Assembly: GCA_964400735.1 (NCBI GenBank)
Contig: CAYNVQ010000004.1
Span: forward strand, 315,042-379,041
Length of the DNA stretch: 64,000 nucleotides
Direction: 5' to 3'
Source: an uncultured Eubacteriales bacterium
GTDB lineage: Bacteria > Acidobacteriota > Aminicenantia > Aminicenantales > Aminicenantaceae
The notes below the pieces were generated by a model. It was given only the letters and a program-made list of their open reading frames with translations. It did not search any database and was not told the origin of the DNA. A program made the position numbers and the translations under genes. The first letter of the stretch is position 1. Every line of letters starts with the position of its first letter. Positions 46,670 through 54,937 of the stretch are shown here, piece after piece.

Positions 46670-47589
46670 TTGACGTCTCTTTTTTTGTCCCTGACAAAAT
46701 CCGGTTTTTTTATGACACAAATTTCTTTCTTATAGGGACACCTCGGGTGAAACTTGCATCCTTCAGGAGGCCTGATCATAGAGGGAGAAGTTCCCGGTAT
46801 GGGTTTAAAACCCCGCCGGGGAAGGCTTTCCAGCAATCCTATCGAGTAGGGATGAAGGGGTTTTTTGAAAAATTCCTCTGTCGGCCCTTTTTCGACTATT
46901 TCTCCGGAATACATGACGGCTGTCCTGTCGGAGATTTCCATGACGGCATCGAGGTCATGAGAGATAAACAGCATGGATGAATGGCCCATTTCTTTGACGA
47001 GTTGGAGCTCCTGAAGGACCATCGTGCGCAGACGGGAATCCAGTCCCGTCGTGGGTTCATCTGCTATGATAATTTGAGGATTCAGGATAACGGCCATGCC
47101 TATCAGAATCCTCTGTTTCATCCCTCCCGACATTTCATGGGGATAGGCCCTTAGGGCATTATCCGGTCCCTTGAAACGAAGCCTTTTAAGCAACTCTTTT
47201 GCCGTTCTGATAGCATTCTTTTTTTTCATCCCCCTGTGTACGATAAGCGGCTCTGTCATCTGGTGCCCGATCGAGAAAACAGGATTCAAGGCCAGTGAAG
47301 GATTTTGCATGACCAGAGCGACCTCTCGTTCTCTGATCTGAGCGAGTTTTTTTTCTCTCAATCGAAGGAGGTCTTGGTCCTTGAAGAGAATTTGTCCCCG
47401 GATTTTAGCGTTGGCGGGGAGCAGGTTCAGTATAGAGTGGGCGATGACAGATTTTCCGCAGCCCGTCTCTCCCACAAGAGCCAGGGTTTCTTCCTCGGGG
47501 AGCACAAAAGAGACATTGTCGACGGCCTTGACCGGCCCCAGTGATGTGTCGAAAGTGATATCTAAGTTTTTTATGGCTAAGTGACTCAT
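46651..47589 (-). CDS. oppD: Opp/Dpp-type ABC transporter ATP-binding protein (OppD-like)
   Basis: GETGCGKSV, MSGGMKQRILIGMA and IIADEPTTGLD are present. The C-terminal oligopeptide-type extension reads PEGCKFHPRCP. Confidence 0.9.
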   Translation of the reverse strand: MSHLAIKNLDITFDTSLGPVKAVDNVSFVLPEEETLALVGETGCGKSVIAHSILNLLPANAKIRGQILFKDQDLLRLREKKLAQIREREVALVMQNPSLALNPVFSIGHQMTEPLIVHRGMKKKNAIRTAKELLKRLRFKGPDNALRAYPHEMSGGMKQRILIGMAVILNPQIIIADEPTTGLDSRLRTMVLQELQLVKEMGHSSMLFISHDLDAVMEISDRTAVMYSGEIVEKGPTEEFFKKPLHPYSIGLLESLPRRGFKPIPGTSPSMIRPPEGCKFHPRCPYKKEICVIKKPDFVRDKKRDVKCVLYS

Positions 47590-47595
47590 AGCAGC

Positions 47596-48405
47596 TTATT
47601 TCAATTCGATCCCTTTTTGCTCCTCGAAATAAAAACCCAGAAGCACGATAGAAAAAACGAACAGGACGATACAAATCCCTGGTGGCAAATACCACCACCA
47701 CATCTCATTGACGAATCCTCCCTTGATAAAGGCAAAATTAATCATTAGACCCCAGCTCTTCAGGGAAGGATCTCCCAATCCGAGAAAAGACAGTGACGCT
47801 TCCGAGATCATGGCTGTGGCCACGGTTAGCATAAATTTAGGTACCACCACGGGAAAGATGTTGGGAAGGATATCCGAGAAAATGATATGGCTGTTTTTGA
47901 ACCCGAGACATTTAGAGGAAGCCACAAAGTCCATTTCCCTGACCTGGAGAGTTTTGGACCGGACGACGCGGGCTGTCGAAGTCCACCACAGGAACCCAAG
48001 AGACAGCATGATGATCCAGAGGCTGGACCTTAAAAAGGCAGCCAGGATGATGATCAGGGGAATTCGCGGGATCATCAAGAAAATGTCGGTCAGCCCCATG
48101 AGCGCCTCGTCTACGGCACCCTTGAAATAGCCGGATACCAATCCGATAAAAAGACCCAAAATAGTGGCGATCGCTGCAGCGCCCAATCCGACGACCAGCG
48201 AAGCTCTGGATCCGTAAATCAGCTCGGAGAGGATGTCGTTTCCGATATCGTTCGTTCCCAGCCAATGGTTCGGACTGGGCTTTTCATAGGGTTCAAACCT
48301 TTCCCATGGATCGTGGGGTGCGATTATACCGGCGAAAAGAGAAACGAAGAGGAATAGAGCCACCATAACGAGTCCGAATCGATTCAAGGCGGTTCGTCTC
48401 TTCAA
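47596..48405 (-). CDS. oppC: Opp/Dpp-type ABC permease (OppC-like)
   Basis: HWLGTNDIGNDILSELIYGSR is the OppC N-terminal motif. A BPD permease core is present. Confidence 0.9.
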   Translation of the reverse strand: MKRRTALNRFGLVMVALFLFVSLFAGIIAPHDPWERFEPYEKPSPNHWLGTNDIGNDILSELIYGSRASLVVGLGAAAIATILGLFIGLVSGYFKGAVDEALMGLTDIFLMIPRIPLIIILAAFLRSSLWIIMLSLGFLWWTSTARVVRSKTLQVREMDFVASSKCLGFKNSHIIFSDILPNIFPVVVPKFMLTVATAMISEASLSFLGLGDPSLKSWGLMINFAFIKGGFVNEMWWWYLPPGICIVLFVFSIVLLGFYFEEQKGIELK

Positions 48406-49349
48406 GGCTTCTCCCTCACTCTTGGATCGATAACTCCATAGAGAATGTCGGTAATAAAATTGGCCCCGATGACCGTGATGGTGATGAATAAAAAGCAGCC
48501 TTGCAGGACCGGATAATCCCGGGAAAGCAAAGCTTCGTAGATCAAGGTCCCCATTCCGTTCATCGAAAAGATGATTTCCACGAATAGGGCGCCGCTCAGC
48601 AAGAAACCGAAATCCAGGGCGACGAGTGTGAGCACGGGCAAAATAGCATTCTTGAAGATGTGCCGGAAGAGGATGGCGTTTCCGAGAAGTCCCTTAGCCC
48701 TGGCAAAAAGCACGTACAATTTTTCTTTCTCGATGATCACGCTTCCTCTCATGATCATGTAGTTCCGGGATGCGGCAAAAGCGCTCATGATCAAAATTGG
48801 AAGGAAAAGGTGCCTCAAAATATCGCCCACCGTCCCTGTTGCATAGAATCCTTTAAAGGGAAATAGCCCCCACTTGAAAGAAAAGATGTAGAGGAAGATG
48901 ATTCCGAGAAAATACGGGGGGCTGCTGTAAACGGCCAGAAAAAACCAGGTCATGGTCTTGTTAGGAAGAGTGCTTCTTTTCCATCCAAAGAGCGCACCGA
49001 GCAAAGTTCCCAGAATGGCGCCCAGAATGATGGAAGGAACCAGAAGAGCCAGAGTCCACTTCATCCTGGACAGGATGAGAGGGATGACTTTTTGGTTGAA
49101 GTGATAGGAATAGGCGAGATCGAGGGTGAGGATATTTTTCCAGTACTGAAAAAATTGAACGGTTAGAGGCTTATCCAGTCCCAGTTCGCTCCTCAGTTCC
49201 TGTACAGCCGTTTCACTGAGGGTGAATTCTTCGCCAAGAAGGTTGGTGAGCGGATCGCCGGGCATGGCTCTGGGGATGATGAAATTGAAGGTAAAAATGA
49301 TAACAAGGGCTAGAAGGTAGCGGATACATTTCTTGGTGGAGATGAACAT
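48402..49349 (-). CDS. oppB: Opp/Dpp-type ABC permease (OppB-like)
   Basis: IPRAMPGDPL, the FARAKGL EAA-loop motif and a C-terminal DPRVR are present. Confidence 0.9.
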   Translation of the reverse strand: MFISTKKCIRYLLALVIIFTFNFIIPRAMPGDPLTNLLGEEFTLSETAVQELRSELGLDKPLTVQFFQYWKNILTLDLAYSYHFNQKVIPLILSRMKWTLALLVPSIILGAILGTLLGALFGWKRSTLPNKTMTWFFLAVYSSPPYFLGIIFLYIFSFKWGLFPFKGFYATGTVGDILRHLFLPILIMSAFAASRNYMIMRGSVIIEKEKLYVLFARAKGLLGNAILFRHIFKNAILPVLTLVALDFGFLLSGALFVEIIFSMNGMGTLIYEALLSRDYPVLQGCFLFITITVIGANFITDILYGVIDPRVREKP

Positions 49350-49508
49350 GCCCTAACACTATACTTCAAACACCCAGCTTTTTGCCAATACTCCTATGAC
49401 GAGGTCCACATTTGCGAATAGAGAATCGGTTAGGAGGGCTGGGAGACGGCCTATACTGACTCCAGCAAAATTTATTGTGGACTAAAGATAAATATAAATG
49501 TATCTTTT

Positions 49509-49976
49509 CTAGACTTGTTGCCAAGTTATAAATTCAGCCGAATTCTCTTTGATTCCAGCAATGATAATTTCTTTGTTTAGATTGTTAGCCCTAACAAAAT
49601 AATTATAGATTCCTTTTCCTAACTTCTTTTTGGGATTGATATCCTTCGAGAATGTTTTTACTAAACGAATAAAGCTTTCACTAATTTCTTTAGCTCGTTG
49701 CTTTGAAGTTTTATTTTTGACGATTAGAACAAGCTCTATTTTGCTGCCTTTTTGCGTTATAACTGCATCAATAACATTTTCTTCTTTTTTTATGATATTG
49801 ATTACTTTAAGTTTTTCTTCCTCCTTGATTTCTGGAAACATCAAACTCGTAATTTCTATTTGATGAGTGTACTCGGCTTTTAGGCAAGGTTCGCTATTTT
49901 CTACTTTTGCAAGTGAATCTATAGCAATTAATAAAAAGACAGGCATTAATAACAGAGCTGAAAATCTATTCCTCAT
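49509..49976 (-). CDS. hypothetical exported protein encoded in an AT-rich insert within the opp-like operon
   Basis: I place the start at ATG 49976, preceded by a strong RBS (AAGGGAGGGTG). A signal peptide is present (MRNRFSALLLMPVFLLIAIDSLA). I recognise no homology. The G+C content is clearly lower than that of the neighbouring genes. Confidence 0.5.
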   Translation of the reverse strand: MRNRFSALLLMPVFLLIAIDSLAKVENSEPCLKAEYTHQIEITSLMFPEIKEEEKLKVINIIKKEENVIDAVITQKGSKIELVLIVKNKTSKQRAKEISESFIRLVKTFSKDINPKKKLGKGIYNYFVRANNLNKEIIIAGIKENSAEFITWQQV

Positions 49977-50040
49977 TACACCCTCCCTTTCAAATAGTAG
50001 CATAATATCCTCTTCTAGATACTAATATAATTAAGTTGCC

Positions 50041-50118
50041 GTTTCAACCGCCATGAATCCAATGGCCTGCCTGACTTCCAGAAGCAGCGCAGAAATAAGG
50101 ATGCTTCCTATGACGAGG
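50041..50118 (+). repeat. composite of short repeat modules shared with other intergenic regions
   Basis: Three modules are shared:
- GCCTGCCTGACTTCCAGAAGCAGCGCAGAAA (50065-50095) matches the reverse complement of 29927-29959 (GCCTGCCTGACTTCCAAAAGATCCGCCACAGAAA).
- TTTCAACCGCCATGAATCCAAT resembles 4958-4985 (TTGCAACCGCCATCCCTGAACTCAAT).
- TCCTATGACGAGG (50106-50118) is repeated exactly at 49392-49404. Confidence 0.6.
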
Positions 50119-50143
50119 AAAGATTCCTTGGCTTCGTGGGTTT

Positions 50144-51754
50144 TTAATAGGGAGGAAGAGAATCTTTCCGGCGAATTCTGAGGTTAAGAAAATTATTGAT
50201 GTTATAAATGCCGTAGAGGGGGTTTGGAGACCAGCCGGTGAATTTTTTTTGATAGGGAGTCACGATACGGCTCCAATACAAGGCAATTGCTGGAAGATTC
50301 TCGGCATAATAATTTTGCACTTCAACCGCCAGTTCGTCGAGCCTGGCTTTATCGGTCGTCGAAAGGATCGCATCGCAAAGCCTTAAAAATTCGGGATTCT
50401 CGATATTGTGGAGAACGCCCTCTCCGGTTCTTCGGCTGTCGAAATATCCGGTGGCCCAGTTGGCATGCATGAACATCCCCCAGGGAGATGTCCGTGAGAT
50501 CACCAGGTCATACTCATATTTGTCTTTTAGGCTCGTCCAGGTGTTATCGTCCACATTTTTCAAAAACGCTTCGATTCCGACTCGCTGAAGATAATCTTTG
50601 ATCAGTTCGGCCAACCGCACATAGTCTTCGCTGATCAAGAGAGAAAGCTTGAGATCCATGCCTCGCCTATCTTCACGGATACCATTGCCGTCCCGGTCCA
50701 GATATCCCGTCTTTTCCAGGATCATATTTGCCTTTTGAGGGTCGAAGAGGCATTTTTCAGTCTCGGTGAATCCCGGCATAACCCTGGGCACAAACCCCTT
50801 GTTTGGAACCTCGCCGTAGTTCAATAGATCGAGCTTGATGATCTCTTTGTAATCAAGGGCGTAGGAGATGGCTTCTCTGAAGGATAAATCGGACATAGGT
50901 TCTTTTTTGATATTGAAGGCGAGAAATTTCAGCCCGAGGTGAGGTTCCTCCAAAAACTCGAAATTTCCTGTGGCTTTCAATCTGGCGAGATTGGGATATG
51001 GATAGGAAGAAGCATAACTGTAGAAGGTGTCCACCTCCTTCTTCTCCAGCGCCAGTGCTAACACATCTTTATTGTTGTACAGCTGGAGTACGATGCTGCT
51101 GATTTCTGGCCTTTGTCCTTTCCAATAATGGTTTTTCTGAAAGGATATAACTCCGGAATTCAAATCGATTCTTTCGATGACGAAAGGCCCACAGCCTATG
51201 ATTTCGCCTGTCTGAATGTATCTCAAAGGATCTTCGACGACTCCCCAGATGTGTTTGGGCAGAAGGTTGTAGGTCGTGAAGTCGAAGTCGAGCCTGGTGT
51301 AAGGGCGAGAGAGCTTGAGCACCAGAATGTCATCTCCAATGGTTTGAACCTCGCTCACGAGATCTCTCATCCACCTGGCATAAGGAACCTCCTGGGCGAG
51401 AAGCTCGATAGAGAATTTCGCGTCTTCTGCCGATACTTTGGTTCCGTCGCTCCAGTAAAGATCGGGATCGAAATGGAAGGTCCATTCAGTCAGGTCGTTT
51501 GAAATCTCCCATCTGCTCACGATAAGCCCCTCGACCTGACCTCCTCGAGTCATGGTCATCAATGGGGGATTGGAGATCTGGGCATAAGCAGCTAAGCTCG
51601 AATCTCCCAGGAGGCTGGCTGATTTCAGCCTTTCTTTTGTGGTTCCAATAGTAAGGCTATCCCCATTTTTTTGTCGTGAGTTCTGTTCCACACAAGAAAG
51701 ATTCAGAAGAATACCTATGAGGAAGAAGACAGAAAGATATGTCCGTCTATTCAT
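50144..51754 (-). CDS. ABC transporter substrate-binding protein, family 5 (OppA/DppA type)
   Basis: The 536-aa protein has a lipoprotein-like signal (LLNLSC). The family-5 SBP layout is supported by WSDGTKVSAEDAKFS and the KNHYWKG motif. Confidence 0.85.
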   Translation of the reverse strand: MNRRTYLSVFFLIGILLNLSCVEQNSRQKNGDSLTIGTTKERLKSASLLGDSSLAAYAQISNPPLMTMTRGGQVEGLIVSRWEISNDLTEWTFHFDPDLYWSDGTKVSAEDAKFSIELLAQEVPYARWMRDLVSEVQTIGDDILVLKLSRPYTRLDFDFTTYNLLPKHIWGVVEDPLRYIQTGEIIGCGPFVIERIDLNSGVISFQKNHYWKGQRPEISSIVLQLYNNKDVLALALEKKEVDTFYSYASSYPYPNLARLKATGNFEFLEEPHLGLKFLAFNIKKEPMSDLSFREAISYALDYKEIIKLDLLNYGEVPNKGFVPRVMPGFTETEKCLFDPQKANMILEKTGYLDRDGNGIREDRRGMDLKLSLLISEDYVRLAELIKDYLQRVGIEAFLKNVDDNTWTSLKDKYEYDLVISRTSPWGMFMHANWATGYFDSRRTGEGVLHNIENPEFLRLCDAILSTTDKARLDELAVEVQNYYAENLPAIALYWSRIVTPYQKKFTGWSPNPLYGIYNINNFLNLRIRRKDSLPPY

Positions 51755-51760
51755 GGGGGC

Positions 51761-52816
51761 TCAGAGATTCTCCTCCTTGTCTTCTTCTCTGATCGTCAGA
51801 CCTGAAGGAGCGAAGGAGATGGGGATAGAATGAATTCCCTGTCCCAAAGAGTCGATCTCCCGCAGCATTCGGGATCTCAAGGATTCATCTTTGCTGCCTA
51901 GGATGGTCAAAGATCCGCCCTTTCCCCCTGCGCCGTTTACTTTCCATCCTGAAGCTTTGAATTTATGGGCAAGAGCGATAACCGCATTGGCCTCCTCGGA
52001 GATAAGACCTTCGTGCAGGGACCTCTGACACTCGTTGTTCTGGATCATGGTATCTCCGTAGCCTTCGAGGTCGCCTTGGAGCAGATGGTCCTTTGCCCTG
52101 GTAGCCAGAGCTCTCAAATCCCGGATGATTTTAAACTGAGCTCCCTTCTTTTCAAGGAAAGAGATGACCTCCTCATGCATGGCGGATGAGCTGTGGGATT
52201 GTCCCAGGTAAATTAAAGAGAGTCTTTTCCCTAGCTCCGTCCGGAGTTCTTCATCGAGATTCAGTTTCATCACATTCGCTTCGGGATATCTGTACATGTG
52301 GATGTAGCAAATCCCCCCGTGGGCAGCGGCCAGTTGATCCTGGATGCCGCTCTGCAAGCCGAGCTTTTCCGTTTCCACATTATGGGCCATGTAGGCGATT
52401 TCGTGCACCGAATGTTTCCGGGGAGACAGATGATCCAAAGCCCCGAGAAGAGCAACGCAAACCGAGGCCGATGTGCCAGTCGAGCTGCCAGCCGGTACAT
52501 GGGAGAAAAGAGTTATATGGAGCATGACTTCCTTCTGTATGGGGACAGAACTGATGGTTCCTTGGATCAACGGATGCTGGTCAAAGGCAGGTTTTTCGGG
52601 ATTCATCCACAATGCTTCGCCATAATTTTCCAGTCGCACCAAAACTCTCTGATCCAGATTTTCTTTATTTTCCAGCACTTGAAGACGAACCTCAACCAAA
52701 GGAAAAACGGCCATATTGAGAACCATCCCTTCTTCGGAGAACCACGTATCTGTCCAGCCTCCGATGTCATTGATGCGAATAGGGGCGATAGCGTGGATGG
52801 TTCGGAGGGGATTCAT
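51761..52816 (-). CDS. GHMP-family sugar kinase (HddA/fucokinase-like)
   Basis: I place the start at ATG 52816. APIRINDIGGWTDTWF (GGWTD motif) and the GHMP motif PAGSSTGTSASVCVALLGAL are present. Confidence 0.8.
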   Translation of the reverse strand: MNPLRTIHAIAPIRINDIGGWTDTWFSEEGMVLNMAVFPLVEVRLQVLENKENLDQRVLVRLENYGEALWMNPEKPAFDQHPLIQGTISSVPIQKEVMLHITLFSHVPAGSSTGTSASVCVALLGALDHLSPRKHSVHEIAYMAHNVETEKLGLQSGIQDQLAAAHGGICYIHMYRYPEANVMKLNLDEELRTELGKRLSLIYLGQSHSSSAMHEEVISFLEKKGAQFKIIRDLRALATRAKDHLLQGDLEGYGDTMIQNNECQRSLHEGLISEEANAVIALAHKFKASGWKVNGAGGKGGSLTILGSKDESLRSRMLREIDSLGQGIHSIPISFAPSGLTIREEDKEENL

Positions 52817-53020
52817 GACGCTGAATAATATATGAAGAATCAGTCTCCAAATCAAGGGGGTCAAGGGGGGACGCTCCTTAAGGAACCACCCTATTCCGGT
52901 GGTTACTGCAAAACTTGAACCAGGAAGAAAGCATGCAGGATGCTTTCCATAACTCGATAAAATTTGACATCGAGATTGTTCCTCAATAATATGACTCTAT
53001 CTTTTTTTGGAGGGAGAAAG

Positions 53021-54781
53021 ATGAACGATAGAAAAATCCGTCAGATCTATTTCCTGGGGACTCTTGCTTTAGCTTTACTTTTTCTTGTGATCGCCTGTCA
53101 GAAGGGACAAGAGACGCAGGAAAGCGGTTTGCGCTTCGAGCTTTCATTTGCCGAAGCGAGAAGCGCAGAGCCTTCGGATGGAAGGATGCTGCTTTTGATT
53201 TCAAATAATGAGGGCCGGGAACCCCGGTTTCAGATCAGCGACGGCCCCGATACTCAGCTTATTTTCGGAGTCGATGTGGAAGGACTGAAACCCGGAGAGG
53301 TTGCCGTGTTCGATGCCAGCGTTTTTGGGTACCCCCTGAATAGCCTCTCAAAGATTCCAGCCGGAGAGTACTGGGTGCAGGGGTTACTCAACCGGTACCA
53401 GACGTTTCACAGGTCTGATGGACACACGGTCAAACTCCCTCCGGATAAAGGGGAGGGGCAGCAATGGAGCCGAAAACCGGGAAATTTCTACAGCCAGCCC
53501 AAAAAGGTGTCCCTAGATCCTCGGATAAGCCAGAAAATCGAAATTGTCCTGGACCAGGAAATTCCTCCGAAACCAGATCCTGTAGACACCAAATACATTA
53601 AGCATGTGAAAATCCAGAGCGATCTTCTCACCAAATTCTGGGGAACGCCCATGTATCTGGGCGCCTGTGTTCTTCTCCCTGAAGGATTCGACGAACATCC
53701 CGAAGCGCGCTACCCGCTTGCCATCAATCACGGCCATTTCCCCTACACCTTCGGGGGATTCCGGAAGGAACCGCCGGACCCTGGCCTCGAGCCTGATTAC
53801 AGCGCCCGGTTCGATTGGCCTGGATACAACAGAACCCAGCAGGAATACGCCTACAAGTTTTACCAATGGTGGATAGCGCCTGATACGCCAAGGGTTATCA
53901 TCATCGAGGTCCAGCACGCCAATCCCTATTATGACGATTCCTATGCGGTGAATTCTGCCAATCTGGGCCCTTACGGGGATGCGATCACCTACGAGCTGAT
54001 TCCTTACGTCGAAGAGAAATTCCGGGGAATCGGAGAGGGCTGGGCCCGCACCCTTTACGGAGGATCTACCGGCGGCTGGGAAGCGCTAGGTGTTCAGGTC
54101 TTCTATCCCGACGAATACAACGGTTGCTATGCAGCTTGTCCTGACCCGATCGATTTTCGTCAGTACTGCCTGGTCAACATCTATGAAGATAAAAATGCCT
54201 ACTTTCTGGACAGTTTTTTCAAGAAGACGCCGAGACCCGGCCGGAGGAACTGGCTAGGAGAGGTCAGCTGTACTTTGGAGGAGACGAACCACAAAGAGCT
54301 GGCCATCGCCACCAAAGGAAGATCGGGCGACCAGTGGGATATCTGGCAGGCGGTCTATTCTCCTGTCGGGGAGGATGGCTATCCCAAACCCATTTGGGAT
54401 AAAAGGACGGGGGAAATCGACCACGAAGTGGCTGAGTATTGGCGTGAGAATTACGACCTGGGATATATCCTGAAAAGAGACTGGGCGACCTTGGGCCCTA
54501 AACTCATGGGTAAGATTCATATTTACTGTGGGGACATGGATAATTACTACCTGAACAATGCGGTTTATCTGGTCGAAGATTTCCTGGAAAGCACGACAGA
54601 CCCTTTTTATAACGGAGATGTGGATTACGGGGACCGAGCCGAACACTGCTGGAATGGAGACCATACACTGCCCAACGCCATTTCACGGCTGAGATACCAC
54701 CAGATGTTTATCCCTCGATTTGTGGAAAGGATGCTCAAAACAGCGCCTCCTGGAGCAGATCTGGCGAGCTGGAGGTATTGA
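53021..54781 (+). CDS. lipoprotein with an esterase-like (putative esterase / alpha-beta hydrolase) C-terminal region
   Basis: I place the start at ATG 53021, giving a lipobox (LVIAC). LYGGSTGGWEALGVQVFYPDEY resembles the G-x-S-x-G region of the putative-esterase family. This assignment is tentative. Confidence 0.5.
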   Translation: MNDRKIRQIYFLGTLALALLFLVIACQKGQETQESGLRFELSFAEARSAEPSDGRMLLLISNNEGREPRFQISDGPDTQLIFGVDVEGLKPGEVAVFDASVFGYPLNSLSKIPAGEYWVQGLLNRYQTFHRSDGHTVKLPPDKGEGQQWSRKPGNFYSQPKKVSLDPRISQKIEIVLDQEIPPKPDPVDTKYIKHVKIQSDLLTKFWGTPMYLGACVLLPEGFDEHPEARYPLAINHGHFPYTFGGFRKEPPDPGLEPDYSARFDWPGYNRTQQEYAYKFYQWWIAPDTPRVIIIEVQHANPYYDDSYAVNSANLGPYGDAITYELIPYVEEKFRGIGEGWARTLYGGSTGGWEALGVQVFYPDEYNGCYAACPDPIDFRQYCLVNIYEDKNAYFLDSFFKKTPRPGRRNWLGEVSCTLEETNHKELAIATKGRSGDQWDIWQAVYSPVGEDGYPKPIWDKRTGEIDHEVAEYWRENYDLGYILKRDWATLGPKLMGKIHIYCGDMDNYYLNNAVYLVEDFLESTTDPFYNGDVDYGDRAEHCWNGDHTLPNAISRLRYHQMFIPRFVERMLKTAPPGADLASWRY

Positions 54782-54937
54782 TTTTTTAAGTTCTTGTCTG
54801 TTTCATGCGGTGAAGTCATTGACTGGGAGATCATCAGGCATGTTTTCCGCTCTAGTTCGGATCTTTAACGCCATCCCCCTATTGTTGTATAGAGATCAAT
54901 TCTTTTTTTATCCTCCAGAGTCTGGATCGGAGACCTT

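Noticed and set aside
49392-50118. The exact 13-bp direct repeat TCCTATGACGAGG as a target-site duplication or att site for the AT-rich insert.
   Set aside because: I kept it only as a caveat within the finding. A 13-mer match within 1 kb is roughly expected once by chance in a window of this size. A related motif also occurs in another repeat-rich gap (about 58.79 kb), so it may simply belong to the repeat family.
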